Under the pieces are notes generated by a model. It searched no databases, was not told the origin of the DNA, and worked only from the letters and a program-made list of their open reading frames with translations. The position numbers and the translations under genes were made by a program. From a bacterium (GTDB lineage: Bacteria > Patescibacteriota > Patescibacteriia > UBA9934 > GWF2-40-263): 64,000 nt of DNA. Positions 28,068 to 37,667 of the stretch are shown in pieces. The stretch is taken from the NCBI GenBank assembly GCA_020057555.1, contig JAGVFR010000026.1, forward strand, positions 22,631 to 86,630. The letters run 5' to 3'. Every line of letters begins with the position of its first letter. The stretch's first letter is position 1.

Positions 28068-29117
28068 ATGTTCAAAACAGTTGAATCAGTAACAATGGGC
28101 CAACCTGACAAAGTCTGCGATCAAATCGCTGAAGCTATTGTTGATGAGTATTTACGTCGTGATACACATGCAAATGTTGATATTCATGTTTTTGGAGCAC
28201 ACGGAATGTTAATGGTCGGTGGCGAGGTAAATTCAAGCGCTGATTTTGATATTGGAGCGCTTGCCAAAAAAGTCTATCAGGAAATTGGTTATCCAGATGA
28301 CATTGAAGTTTTTGTGAATATAGAAACACCATCTGAAGAAATGAAGCATGTTAAAAACGGTGTGCGCGATACAATTGTAATAAACGGATACGCAACAAAT
28401 GAAACACGCGAACGTTTACCAAGAGCTGTTGTTTTCGCACATACGCTAGCGCGAAGACTTGATGATTTGCGCAAAACCGATCCTAAGTTTTCATGGATGA
28501 AACCAGATGGAAAAGTTCAAATTTCAATGCAAGGCGATCGTGTGCAAGCCGTAACAGTTTTAGCCTCGCATCACGTCAGCATTGAAGCGAGAGATGTAAA
28601 AACAGCATTGCTTGAACGTCTTGTCATGCCAGCGATTGGCGAAGACGCTGTGCAGATTTTTATCAATCCTATTGGGGAATTTACTGTTGCAGGATTTCGA
28701 GGTGATTCAGGCGCGAGCGGTAGGAAAATTTGTGTTGATACATACGGCGGTCTTATTCCTCATGGCGACAAGTCGTTTGTTGGAAAAGATCCATTGCGCG
28801 CAGAACGAGCCGGCTCATTCATGGCAAGATATGTTGCTCGTGATCTTGTTGAGCAAGGATTGGCCGCTTCAGTTTTGGTGAACGTTGTTTATACGATCGG
28901 AAAAGCAGAGCCGATTTATATCAACGCAACAGGTGTGTGTGGAAAATCTCAAGGCGGAAAAATTGATTTGACTGATGTTGTAAAACAGAAATTCGATTTT
29001 CGTCCTGAAGCAATTGTTGAACGTTTGCAACTTTGTCAGCCAATATATCAGAGAATGGCAGTGTATGGATATTTTGGTCGAGAAGGTGCACCTTGGGAAT
29101 TAAAAGTGATACAATAG
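28068..29117 (+). CDS. metK: S-adenosylmethionine synthetase (bacterial type)
   Basis: ESVTMGQPDKVCDQIAEAIVDEY N-terminus and GRKICVDTYGG / GKDPLRAERAGSFMARYVA motifs align with bacterial MetK. Confidence 0.9.
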   Translation: MFKTVESVTMGQPDKVCDQIAEAIVDEYLRRDTHANVDIHVFGAHGMLMVGGEVNSSADFDIGALAKKVYQEIGYPDDIEVFVNIETPSEEMKHVKNGVRDTIVINGYATNETRERLPRAVVFAHTLARRLDDLRKTDPKFSWMKPDGKVQISMQGDRVQAVTVLASHHVSIEARDVKTALLERLVMPAIGEDAVQIFINPIGEFTVAGFRGDSGASGRKICVDTYGGLIPHGDKSFVGKDPLRAERAGSFMARYVARDLVEQGLAASVLVNVVYTIGKAEPIYINATGVCGKSQGGKIDLTDVVKQKFDFRPEAIVERLQLCQPIYQRMAVYGYFGREGAPWELKVIQ

Positions 29118-29123
29118 ACAAAT

Positions 29124-29555
29124 ATGCTTCGTGTACTTGTTATCATTCTTGTTTTTGTTGGCGCGTTTTTTGTTTTTGTTTCAAGACAACCAGAGCAAGT
29201 TTTCACAAAATCATCAGACGGAGTTGTTGAGGTGAAAGGTCTTTCACGCAGTGTTCGTTCTGTAACAATAGAGCCAACAAAAGAATTTGGTTCGATTTTA
29301 GAAAAACGCGTGAGTTCTTATTATTTGTTGGTTCCAAATCCAGCCGGAGTTCCGTTTTCTGCTGACGTGAGTATCAAAGTGTTAGAACAATGGAAACAAA
29401 TTCAGCCAGATTTGACTGAACTGGCAATTTATAAATGGAATGAGTTCAATTCAAAGTGGGAAGTTCTTCCAACAGTAATAGACTTATCAAATGAAACTCT
29501 TGAAGTTAGAACTGAATTGCAGGAGCCGACTTGGATAGCTGTTGGTGTGTTATAA
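29124..29555 (+). CDS. hypothetical membrane-anchored protein
   Basis: N-terminal TM helix, 143 aa. Confidence 0.45.
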   Translation: MLRVLVIILVFVGAFFVFVSRQPEQVFTKSSDGVVEVKGLSRSVRSVTIEPTKEFGSILEKRVSSYYLLVPNPAGVPFSADVSIKVLEQWKQIQPDLTELAIYKWNEFNSKWEVLPTVIDLSNETLEVRTELQEPTWIAVGVL

Positions 29556-29584
29556 TAGTTTCAATAATTTTTAAGTTCTTATGT

Positions 29585-30178
29585 ATGCGAAAGTATTTCT
29601 TTGTCATTGCTGGATTATTGATTCTACTTGGCGCCGGATGCGCGTCTAAACCATCTGAAGAAAATTTAAATATAACTTTTGACGAACCTGTGACAGACAC
29701 AAAAACACAAATATGGGAATTTCCCGGCGTGCTTTCTTCAGAAGAAATTTCAAATAAATTAATTCGCATTAAGACCGCAAAGGGCGATATTGTGTTTGAA
29801 TTGTTTGCCGATACCGCGCCAAAGACTGTTTCGAATTTTGTGTATTTAACAAAAGGTGGATATTTCAATGGACTTACATTTCATCGTCGTGAAGAAGGGT
29901 TTGTCATTCAGGGTGGCGACCCAAGTGGAAACGGAACAGGCGGCCCTGGTTATGAATTTGAAGATGAAGTTACTGACTCGTATCAGTACGAACGCGGAAT
30001 TGTTGCAATGGCAAATCGCGGTCCAAACACAAACGGTTCACAGTTTTTTGTAATGTTGGGTGATGTTCCACTTCCAAAAGCTTATTCAATTTTTGGACGC
30101 GTGATCGAAGGAATGGAAGTTGTGGATCAAATCCAAGTTGGAGATGTGATGGAATCAGTCGCGGTTGAAGCAAAATAA
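29585..30178 (+). CDS. cyclophilin-type peptidyl-prolyl cis-trans isomerase, lipoprotein
   Basis: Lipobox LLGAGC at N-terminus; FHRREEGFVIQGGDPSGNGTGG cyclophilin motif. Confidence 0.85.
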   Translation: MRKYFFVIAGLLILLGAGCASKPSEENLNITFDEPVTDTKTQIWEFPGVLSSEEISNKLIRIKTAKGDIVFELFADTAPKTVSNFVYLTKGGYFNGLTFHRREEGFVIQGGDPSGNGTGGPGYEFEDEVTDSYQYERGIVAMANRGPNTNGSQFFVMLGDVPLPKAYSIFGRVIEGMEVVDQIQVGDVMESVAVEAK

Positions 30179-31334
30179 TATGTCAAAGAAACACTGGCTG
30201 ATTATTTTATCGCTCGTGTTTTTGATTGGAATCATTATCATTCTGAAGCCGTCCTTTTGGACGGATGAAGAATCTCGCGGGATCCTTCGTTTAACTCAAG
30301 ATGACAAAGGAGGACAGAGGACGACAGAGAATGAGGTGGTCGCACACATTCCTCTTCCAGACGAAGTTCGTGGATTATATTGGACAGCTTCAACTGCCGG
30401 TTCTGAACGATCTGACGAGTTGCTTTCATATATGAATGATCATGGACTCAATGCAGTTGTGATTGATCTTAAGATGGATAATGGTCAAATTGCGTTTATT
30501 ACAAAAGATGAAGCATTGAGTGTTTATCAACAAACAGAATCAGCGATTGGTGATTTAGATGGTCTTCTCACGAAACTTTATGATAGTGGAATTTATAGGA
30601 TTGCTCGTATTGCTATTATGCGCGACAAAAAGTTTGGAGAAATACATCCTGAATTTGCGATGAAACAATCAAATGGCAATTTTTGGACAGATAAAATTGG
30701 TTCAGTTTGGGTTGATCCTGCCGCCCCAGAAGTCGCGCAATATGCGATTGCGCTTGCGCGTGAAGCTTATGCACGTGGGTTTGATGAAGTTCAATTTGAT
30801 TATGTTCGTTTTGCTTCAGATGGATCAATAAACTCGATCGTCTATCCTGTTTATAGTGGAGAAAAAAGTAAGGTTGAAGTAATGCAGAGTTTTTTCAAAA
30901 CAGTTGGAGAAACAATGCAGAAAGAAAAAATTCCTGTTTCGTTTGACGTTTTTGGTATGACTTTTTGGTCGTTTGATGATTTCAACATTGGCCAGCGACT
31001 TATTGATGTGTTGCCTTATGCTGACTTTGTTTCACCAATGGTTTATCCGTCTCATTATGTTGACGGGTTTGAAGGTTTTGCGAACCCGGCTGAATTTCCG
31101 TATGAGATAGTTAAGCGTTCGCTTAATGAAGGAACGAGAATAATTCACGGTTTTTACGCTGATTCAGATGTTGAACTTCGCGCGCATTGGAGGCCGTGGC
31201 TTCAGGATTTTGATATTGGCGCAGTGTATACATCTGATTTGGTTGAAGCGCAGATAAAAGCGACTCGCGATGCTGGCGCTTCTGGTTGGATACTTTGGAA
31301 CGCTCGCAATGTGTACGAACCCGCGGATTATTAA
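30165..31334 (+). CDS. putative TIM-barrel glycoside-hydrolase-like protein (GHL/DUF4015-like)
   Basis: N-terminal TM; LNAVVIDLK block resembling COG1306-type predicted glycosidases; weak. Confidence 0.45.
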   Translation: MKQNNMSKKHWLIILSLVFLIGIIIILKPSFWTDEESRGILRLTQDDKGGQRTTENEVVAHIPLPDEVRGLYWTASTAGSERSDELLSYMNDHGLNAVVIDLKMDNGQIAFITKDEALSVYQQTESAIGDLDGLLTKLYDSGIYRIARIAIMRDKKFGEIHPEFAMKQSNGNFWTDKIGSVWVDPAAPEVAQYAIALAREAYARGFDEVQFDYVRFASDGSINSIVYPVYSGEKSKVEVMQSFFKTVGETMQKEKIPVSFDVFGMTFWSFDDFNIGQRLIDVLPYADFVSPMVYPSHYVDGFEGFANPAEFPYEIVKRSLNEGTRIIHGFYADSDVELRAHWRPWLQDFDIGAVYTSDLVEAQIKATRDAGASGWILWNARNVYEPADY

Positions 31335-31335
31335 A

Positions 31336-31405
31336 GGAGCGTGGAGCTGTGTCGCAGGGAACAGCGGCGAAGAGTCCGCTGGCCCGGAGACATAGCTCCA
31401 CGCTC
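31336..31405 (+). repeat. conserved-core hairpin element, copy 2; terminator position after the GH-like gene
   Basis: Stem GAGCGTGGAGCTGTGTC/GACATAGCTCCACGCTC around core GCAGGGAACAGCGGCGAAGAGTCCGCTGGCCCGGA; followed by ATTTAATTTATTTTTT. Confidence 0.7.
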
Positions 31406-31423
31406 ATTTAATTTATTTTTTGT

Positions 31424-32359
31424 CTACTCTCCAACCTCTTCCACTTCTTCAGCCTCTTCAGTTTCACCTGCTTCTTCAGCCGCCGCTCTTCGTCGTTTTT
31501 CAAGTTCAATCTTATCTTCCAATTCTTTTTGCATCATTTCTCTTCGTCTTTTAATCAACTCTTTTGCTTCCTCAACTTTTTGCTTAACCATTTCGCGTCG
31601 TCTTTCTTCAAGCTGTTTTAATTCCTCTTCTGCTTTTTCTTCTCCTTGCGCAACACGCTCGCGAAGAGCTTTAGCCGCTTCAATGTGTTCACGGATCTCC
31701 AGCGCATGAGCTTCGATTCTGTCTTTTACGTCTTGAAGATGGTCTCGGATTTCTTCTGGAATTTTTTCATTATTGATTGCGTTTTCAAGTCTTCTGGCTC
31801 GGAGTGCCATTTCTTCTCTTAACTCGAGAATCTCATTTTTTGTTTCGTCTGTTGCTTTTTCTTCCAACCGATCCATAATGCGGCGATGTCGTTCTAATTG
31901 TTTTGCGCGATTTCTCAACAAGCGTTCTGTTTCTTCATTTGGGTTTTCAAGCGCGGCATCTTCTTTGTTTTCAGATTCGTCCATCATGTTATTTGCAATC
32001 TCGAGCATTCGTCTGGCTCGTAGTCGCAATTTTTCTCCATCACTTTTTTCGTACATTTTTTCTGCAATAAGCATTCGTTCTTCCGCGTATTTTATTGCGC
32101 GTTCTGCTTTGAGATTATTATTAAATGTCAAAGCAAGTGCCAAGCGTTCTCGAATGGATCTTATAAAAAGTCCAAACTCTGAAGGAAGTTCAGTCTGTTC
32201 ATCAACAACAATTCCCTCATATTCTGTGTCTTCTGTGGCGATTGATGTATCATTTACACTGGTCGTGTTGCTTATACTATCTGTTTGAGCCAAGGCTGGC
32301 GTTACGAAAAGAAAGAGCGATGTGACTAAAATTGGAAACATGTAATGTTTATTGCGCAT
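31424..32359 (-). CDS. secreted coiled-coil protein, Glu/Arg/Lys-rich
   Basis: Signal peptide then highly charged helical repeats; plus-strand Ser-rich ORFs here are antisense artefacts. Confidence 0.6.
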   Translation of the reverse strand: MRNKHYMFPILVTSLFLFVTPALAQTDSISNTTSVNDTSIATEDTEYEGIVVDEQTELPSEFGLFIRSIRERLALALTFNNNLKAERAIKYAEERMLIAEKMYEKSDGEKLRLRARRMLEIANNMMDESENKEDAALENPNEETERLLRNRAKQLERHRRIMDRLEEKATDETKNEILELREEMALRARRLENAINNEKIPEEIRDHLQDVKDRIEAHALEIREHIEAAKALRERVAQGEEKAEEELKQLEERRREMVKQKVEEAKELIKRRREMMQKELEDKIELEKRRRAAAEEAGETEEAEEVEEVGE

Positions 32360-32378
32360 ATACTATAATAGTATCACT

Positions 32379-33056
32379 ATGTGGAAAATTCCGAAACTCG
32401 TGCTTTTGGATTTTGACGGAGTTGTTGTAAAAGGTTCAAATGAAGCCTATTTTGATTGTTATCATAAAGCGCTTGAGTCTGTTGATGCAAAGCTTGCACC
32501 AGAGATCGAACACGAACGTATTTTGGAAGGATGGGGAAGCGGGCATGTTGAACAGTTGACAATTTTATTACGTGAACGTCAAGAGCTTGTTAATCAAGCT
32601 GGAAAAACTTGGGTTGCGTGTGTTGACGAACCAAAGTTTTGGGAAAATATTGAACTTGTCCCAAATGCGGACAAGGCGATCCATCTGATAGAACAAAAGA
32701 TGAGCGTCGCGATTGTGAGTGGTTCACGAAAAGATCACATCGAAAAATTGTTAAGTCGTTTTGGAATTGATGGCGAGCGGATGATTTTTTCATCATACGA
32801 TGTTGCTGATCCGTCTTTGCGAAAACCAAATCCATACACACTTCGACTTGCGCTTGAACGCTTTAATTGTTCTTCAAGTGAAGCAATTTATGTTGGTGAC
32901 ATGCCAAACGATATTGTGATGGCGCGAGCGGCAGGAATCGAACCAGTTGTTGTGCTTACAGGCGAACTTGATGAAAAGCGCGCGAAAGAATTTGGGGTTT
33001 CGCGGATTGAACAAGATCTGTATTCACTTGCCAAAAAATATGTTAAATCAACTTAA
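32379..33056 (+). CDS. HAD-superfamily hydrolase
   Basis: LLDFDGVVV (DxDG) and YVGDMPNDIVMARAAG motifs. Confidence 0.8.
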   Translation: MWKIPKLVLLDFDGVVVKGSNEAYFDCYHKALESVDAKLAPEIEHERILEGWGSGHVEQLTILLRERQELVNQAGKTWVACVDEPKFWENIELVPNADKAIHLIEQKMSVAIVSGSRKDHIEKLLSRFGIDGERMIFSSYDVADPSLRKPNPYTLRLALERFNCSSSEAIYVGDMPNDIVMARAAGIEPVVVLTGELDEKRAKEFGVSRIEQDLYSLAKKYVKST

Positions 33057-33618
33057 ATATCTCAACAACGTTTCTTGGCAAGAAGTTTTTGATGTTTGGA
33101 AAGAAAATGAAGGCTCTGATCCTGTTTGGCAGACGTTTGCGAAAACCGAAAAAGGTTGGGATACATGGGAACAGTGGCGCGGATATCAATCTTCGATTTT
33201 GGGAGCGGATGAACGAGAGTGGAAATTGTATGAGATACCTGATCCAAACCAAACAGTGCCCAAGTTTTTGATTGGTCCGTTTCCTGGTTGGCAAAAACTT
33301 TTTGAAGAAAAGAACGTGCACACGTTTGAAGATATAGTTCGCGATAAAACAGAATGGGTAAAAGAAAACATTGGAATCAAAACAAGACGCGAGAATTTTC
33401 CACAATCAACGCAATTCATTGGTTTGTATCTTGAAGATAAACAAAAGATTGTTATGTATGAAGGGCATCATCGCTCGGCCGCGATTTCACTGGCTGTTTT
33501 TGAAAACTATCCGATTGTTTTTACATCAAGCCCGACGATTGCTCTTACAACTATTACTGGTGATTCGTCTAAACTTTTAGATCATTTGCTTGCAACAAAA
33601 GCAAACAAACCCGTTTAA
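33040..33618 (+). CDS. hypothetical protein
   Basis: Start at ATG 33040 overlapping the HAD gene 3' end; Trp-rich, no recognisable motif. Confidence 0.45.
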   Translation: MLNQLKYLNNVSWQEVFDVWKENEGSDPVWQTFAKTEKGWDTWEQWRGYQSSILGADEREWKLYEIPDPNQTVPKFLIGPFPGWQKLFEEKNVHTFEDIVRDKTEWVKENIGIKTRRENFPQSTQFIGLYLEDKQKIVMYEGHHRSAAISLAVFENYPIVFTSSPTIALTTITGDSSKLLDHLLATKANKPV

Positions 33619-34118
33619 CTTATTTTTGAAATAGTATAGATCACATCTCCTTGGAGTGTTTTTACAGTAACAGCGTCGCCGACAGTTTTGTTCATAAGTG
33701 CTGATCCGAGTGGTGAAACATTTGAGATTCTTCCGTGTACAGGATTTGCTTCATGCTGACCAACGATTTCGAATGTCTTTTTATTTTTTTCAACTTCAAC
33801 AACAACTGTTGAACCAAGCTGAACTGTTTGTACTTGGCTTTTTTCAATGAGTACAGAGCGTTTGATTTGTTCTTCAAGTTTCATTACACGATTGTGTAAT
33901 CGTCGCATTCGTCCTTTTGCTTCTTGATATTCTGCATTTTCTGAAAAATCTCCAAACTCGGCTGTACGTTTAACATCCTCAATTGCTTGGGGGAGTTGAC
34001 GCGATTTTATATCGGCAAGTTCGTCTTTGATTTTTTGAAGGCCGACCGGTGTTATGTGCAAAGGCCCCTCATCTTGGTGGATTTTTAGTCGTTCTGATTT
34101 TCGAATAGGTAGACGCAT
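33615..34118 (-). CDS. greA: transcription elongation factor GreA
   Basis: GDFSENAEYQEAKGRMRRL motif and GreA C-terminal FKBP-like domain. Confidence 0.9.
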   Translation of the reverse strand: MRLPIRKSERLKIHQDEGPLHITPVGLQKIKDELADIKSRQLPQAIEDVKRTAEFGDFSENAEYQEAKGRMRRLHNRVMKLEEQIKRSVLIEKSQVQTVQLGSTVVVEVEKNKKTFEIVGQHEANPVHGRISNVSPLGSALMNKTVGDAVTVKTLQGDVIYTISKIS

Positions 34119-34165
34119 AGGTGGAGATAGTAGTTAGTAGCAGAGTAGCATAGTAGCGGAAGGTT
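34119..34165. repeat. AGTAG-family repeat abutting the greA start (CT-rich in gene sense)
   Basis: GGTGGAGATAGTAGTTAGTAGCAGAGTAGCATAGTAGCGGAAGG. Confidence 0.6.
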
Positions 34166-34219
34166 GAAAAATTAAACAAAAAACCACCCAGCTTTACGAG
34201 GAGGGTGGCAGATGAGAGA

Positions 34220-34807
34220 TCAAGCAATGCCTGGCAAAGGATCGCGTTTTTCAACTCCAGAGCATGCGACCAGAAGATCCCAGGAAGGACAGTCGCGCGT
34301 TGTGCACCAATCTCGGTCTGATGAAATTCTTTCTCCACATTCTGGACATTGCCAGCATGAGGAAGTCTTTTTAGTGCTTTGCTTTTTTCGAGCGCGAGCA
34401 ACAGTGAGAATGTACAAGTACTCGATCCACCAGAGCGTTAGTTCAAGACTCTCTTGGTGCGCGATTGAGTTTCGCGTTCGAAACACATGTAGACTCTCTT
34501 TTGGTTGCACGACTTTCAGTTCGTGCGGGTCCATTAGATCGAAGAGCGCTCGTGGAATATTGCATTTGCGCAATACTCCAACAAGTGGCGATAAGCGACG
34601 GCGTAGTGGTTGTGGAAGATCTTGCAGAGTGAAGGTAGCACGAATCGTGTGCAGATGTGCCCATGACACATTGACCCGATCAGGAACGATGATCAACCGT
34701 TGTGGAGGTTTTTGGTGGTCCTCCTCAATATCAGGTCCAACGGCTGACTGTTGCGAAGCACCATGAAAAAAGTCTTCCATGTTTCCCTCCGAAGATAAAC
34801 ATATCAT
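34220..34807 (-). CDS. hypothetical protein with C-terminal zinc-ribbon (orphan)
   Basis: Minus ORF (alternative start 34780); CWQCPECG...C..RDC motif; the overlapping plus-strand ORF is Ser/Arg/Cys-rich junk; regional GC about 50%. Confidence 0.45.
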   Translation of the reverse strand: MICLSSEGNMEDFFHGASQQSAVGPDIEEDHQKPPQRLIIVPDRVNVSWAHLHTIRATFTLQDLPQPLRRRLSPLVGVLRKCNIPRALFDLMDPHELKVVQPKESLHVFRTRNSIAHQESLELTLWWIEYLYILTVARARKKQSTKKTSSCWQCPECGERISSDRDWCTTRDCPSWDLLVACSGVEKRDPLPGIA

Positions 34808-34816
34808 TGTAGTTTG

Positions 34817-34841
34817 CCTTCGACAAGCTCAGGCAATAATT
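34817..34841 (+). repeat. dispersed 25-nt repeat copy (CCTTCGACAAGCTCAGGCAATAATT) in the divergent promoter region
   Basis: 1 mismatch to the 8908 copy; flanked by CATTGTAG/CTATAATG inverted repeat. Confidence 0.8.
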
Positions 34842-34854
34842 CTATAATGTCTTC

Positions 34855-36252
34855 ATGCTTTCTCGAATTACTGAAAAAACTTTCTATCAATACATCAAAT
34901 GCCCGAATTGGGTTTACTTTGATGTGCATGCATTTGAAAAACGAGTTCGTGATCCTCTTATGGATCGCTTGATTGATGATGGGCTTCTTGATGAAAAACA
35001 GCGTGAGATCATTTCTGATCGCACTGACATGGTAGAAGTTACATCTGAAGATCCTGATGAAGCGTTTCGACAAACACTTGAGTTTATGCGCGAAGGTCGT
35101 CAAACGATTTTTCACTCTGTACTCATTGATAAAAATTTTGTTGGACATCCTGATGTGCTTGAAAAAGTTGAAGGGCGTTCGAAGCTTGGTGATTTTTATT
35201 ATGTTGCGGTTGATCTTAAACGTTCACGTTTTTTACGCGACGATCATAAATTTCAAGGATGTTTTTATGCTGAACTTCTTGAACGAATTCAAGATGTGAA
35301 GCCTGTTCAAGGTTACATCATCACACCTGACAAAATTGTTTTGCCATATTTGATTAGTGAGTTTGAAGGAGAATTCACTCTTACACTTTCAGAGATTGAA
35401 AAGATTATTGTTGGCACACAGCCAGTTCATTTTGTAACTTCAGGATGTAAACAATCACCATGGTTCAAAGAATGTCGTGGTGAATCCGAAACGTGCGATG
35501 ATTTGTCGTTATTGAATCGAGTTTGGCGTCAAGAAGTTGCTCGTTTGTTAAAAGCAGGAGTCAACACAATATCGGAACTTTCGCTAAAATCTTTGGTTGA
35601 TCTTGAGCGTTTGGCTCCTGATGTTAGTTCATCTCGGCTTGAGATTATGCGCGATCAAGCAATTGCGATAAAGGAGCATCGGCATATTTTTCGTGGAACG
35701 GTTGAACTTCCTGTTGCAAAGATCGAAGTTTTTTTTGATATTGAAAGTGATCCGCTTCGAGATTTTGATTATCTTTTTGGAGTGCTTGTAGTTGAAAATC
35801 GCAGTGAATCGTATCAATCGTTTTTTGCGGTAACTCCAGCGCAAGAAAAAGACGCGTGGGATGAGTTTGTCGCTTTTGTTGAAGGACATTTGGACGCGCC
35901 GATTTATCACTTTGGTCAGTTTGAAGTTGAAGTTGTTAATCGTTTTAGCGCGCGATATGGGATTTCTGCGATTGCGCGAGAAGCGCTTGAACGTAACATG
36001 ATTGATTTGCTTGAAGTGATTCGTCCTGCTGTAATTTTTCCTTTGTCATTTTATTCGCTCAAAGATATTGCCGCTTATTTGGGTTTTGAGTGGCGTGCTT
36101 CTGACGCATCTGGTGCGAATTCTGTTTTGTGGTTTGAAGAATGGTTGAAGAAAAAAAATCAAAAGTTGTTGCAAAAAATTCTTGAGTATAATGAAGATGA
36201 CGTGCGCGCAACTGCTCATGTAAAAAAATGGTTATGTGAAAATGCAATATGA
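34855..36252 (+). CDS. RecB-family (PD-(D/E)XK) nuclease with C-terminal RNase-H-like domain, TM0106-type
   Basis: N-terminal Cys-containing nuclease domain (YQYIKCPNWVYFD); C-terminal EVFFDIESDPL exonuclease-like motif. Confidence 0.6.
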   Translation: MLSRITEKTFYQYIKCPNWVYFDVHAFEKRVRDPLMDRLIDDGLLDEKQREIISDRTDMVEVTSEDPDEAFRQTLEFMREGRQTIFHSVLIDKNFVGHPDVLEKVEGRSKLGDFYYVAVDLKRSRFLRDDHKFQGCFYAELLERIQDVKPVQGYIITPDKIVLPYLISEFEGEFTLTLSEIEKIIVGTQPVHFVTSGCKQSPWFKECRGESETCDDLSLLNRVWRQEVARLLKAGVNTISELSLKSLVDLERLAPDVSSSRLEIMRDQAIAIKEHRHIFRGTVELPVAKIEVFFDIESDPLRDFDYLFGVLVVENRSESYQSFFAVTPAQEKDAWDEFVAFVEGHLDAPIYHFGQFEVEVVNRFSARYGISAIAREALERNMIDLLEVIRPAVIFPLSFYSLKDIAAYLGFEWRASDASGANSVLWFEEWLKKKNQKLLQKILEYNEDDVRATAHVKKWLCENAI

Positions 36253-37139
36253 AAACAAGTTGGTTTCGAAATTGTGCGGAGTTAATTATCTTGATCGCTA
36301 TCATTGCCACGGTTTACACACAACGCGTGGGGATTTCGCAGTGGTTTCGAGAAATGATGGAGCCGTCTGTGCCAGAGGCAGTGGAGTTTGAAAAAATAAC
36401 AGAGGAAAAGGAAGAAGGTAGTCGCGGGCTTCAGCCCGCGCAAGCGCCAGTCATCCCGAGTGCCGTCGATGGATCTGAAGAAAAAATATTGCCTGAACCT
36501 GTTGAAGGCAGTATAGATGATGTAGTTGTCACTTCGACAAGCTCAGTGGATAAAATTTTGCCTGTTGAAATCAATCTCGCTGTTCCTTTTACATCTCAAG
36601 CTCCGCACGCGAATTGGGATTTACCATATAAAGAAACATGCGAAGAAGCATCGCTCTATATGGTTGATGTTTATTATAAAGGAGTAAAAGCGGGGAAGAT
36701 TGCGGCTGATACTGCGGACGAGGAGATTAAAAAAATTATAGAATTTGAAAAAGAAATTTTTGGATATTATGAAGACACAACCGCAGAACAAGTTGGAATT
36801 CTTGCGGAAATGATGTATGGTCACGAAAAAATTGAACTGATCGAAAATCCAACTGTTGAACAAATTAAAAAACATGTTGCTGAAGGACATCCGGTTATTG
36901 TTCCTGCGGCAGGACGAGAACTTGGTAATCCGAATTTCACAGCGCCTGGTCCGATATATCACATGTTAGTGATTCGCGGATACACAAAAGATGGTAAATT
37001 CATCACAAATGATCCGGGCACAAAAAACGGCGAAGCATATGTTTACGATTTTGACACAGTTATGAACGCGATGCATGATTGGAACAATGGTGACGAGATC
37101 ACGGAAGGAAAAAAGGTAGTACTAATTGTTTATCCATAA
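36249..37139 (+). CDS. peptidase C39-like domain protein (YvpB-like), membrane-anchored
   Basis: N-terminal TM; FTSQAPHANWDLPYKETCEEAS Cys-containing block resembling C39-like domains. Confidence 0.45.
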   Translation: MKTSWFRNCAELIILIAIIATVYTQRVGISQWFREMMEPSVPEAVEFEKITEEKEEGSRGLQPAQAPVIPSAVDGSEEKILPEPVEGSIDDVVVTSTSSVDKILPVEINLAVPFTSQAPHANWDLPYKETCEEASLYMVDVYYKGVKAGKIAADTADEEIKKIIEFEKEIFGYYEDTTAEQVGILAEMMYGHEKIELIENPTVEQIKKHVAEGHPVIVPAAGRELGNPNFTAPGPIYHMLVIRGYTKDGKFITNDPGTKNGEAYVYDFDTVMNAMHDWNNGDEITEGKKVVLIVYP

Positions 37140-37140
37140 T

Positions 37141-37189
37141 TCCAATCTTCCTTTCCCTTACCACTCGCCCCTTATCCCCCTTTCTCTAT
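37141..37189 (+). repeat. CT-rich arm (CTTACCACTCGCCCCTT family) abutting the start of the gene at 37190
   Basis: TCCAATCTTCCTTTCCCTTACCACTCGCCCCTTATCCCCCTTTCTCTAT then ATG; shares CTTACCACTCGCCCCTT with 18216-18232. Confidence 0.6.
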
Positions 37190-37663
37190 ATGGACTACAT
37201 TCTTGGTGGATCACTTGGTGCAATTGTCGCTTTCATTTTCGCAATTCCCGCGATCGTTCTTGAGATCAAGCAAAAAGGTGAAGCGACTGATGCTCCGCTA
37301 ATTGTTGATGCGCGAAAAATTTTCGGTCGTCGTCTAAAAAAGCAAGAAGCATTTTTGGTTGGCTTGCTCATCCATATTATTTTTGGATTCTTGTTTGGAT
37401 TGATTTACGTTTTATTTGTTTTGCAAGGATGGCTGTTTGTCACGCACGCGCCATACACATTTTTGTCTTTAATTGTTTATGCGTTATTAAGTTGGATTGT
37501 CGCAGGAGTTGTTATTTATCCCGCGCTTGGTATGGGATTGTTTGCACGTCGTGAAGGAAAACACGTTTGGATTGAAACTCTCACGTCGCATTTGATTCTT
37601 GGAATTTGTTTGTGGCTTCTTGTTCAATATTATCAGCCACAGTTTTTTATTATTCCAATTTAA
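37190..37663 (+). CDS. hypothetical integral membrane protein (4 TM)
   Basis: Hydrophobic helices throughout; 157 aa. Confidence 0.5.
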   Translation: MDYILGGSLGAIVAFIFAIPAIVLEIKQKGEATDAPLIVDARKIFGRRLKKQEAFLVGLLIHIIFGFLFGLIYVLFVLQGWLFVTHAPYTFLSLIVYALLSWIVAGVVIYPALGMGLFARREGKHVWIETLTSHLILGICLWLLVQYYQPQFFIIPI

Positions 37664-37667
37664 ACTA

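Noticed and set aside
31341-32288. Plus-strand Ser-rich ORFs 31341-31709 and 31773-32288
   Set aside because: They are antisense to the Glu/Lys/Arg-rich coiled-coil gene on the minus strand; their Ser-rich low-complexity translation is the mirror of GAA/GAG repeats
34212-34766. Plus-strand 184-aa ORF
   Set aside because: Its Ser/Arg/Cys-rich low-complexity product looks like junk; the minus-strand frame encodes a plausible protein with a zinc ribbon
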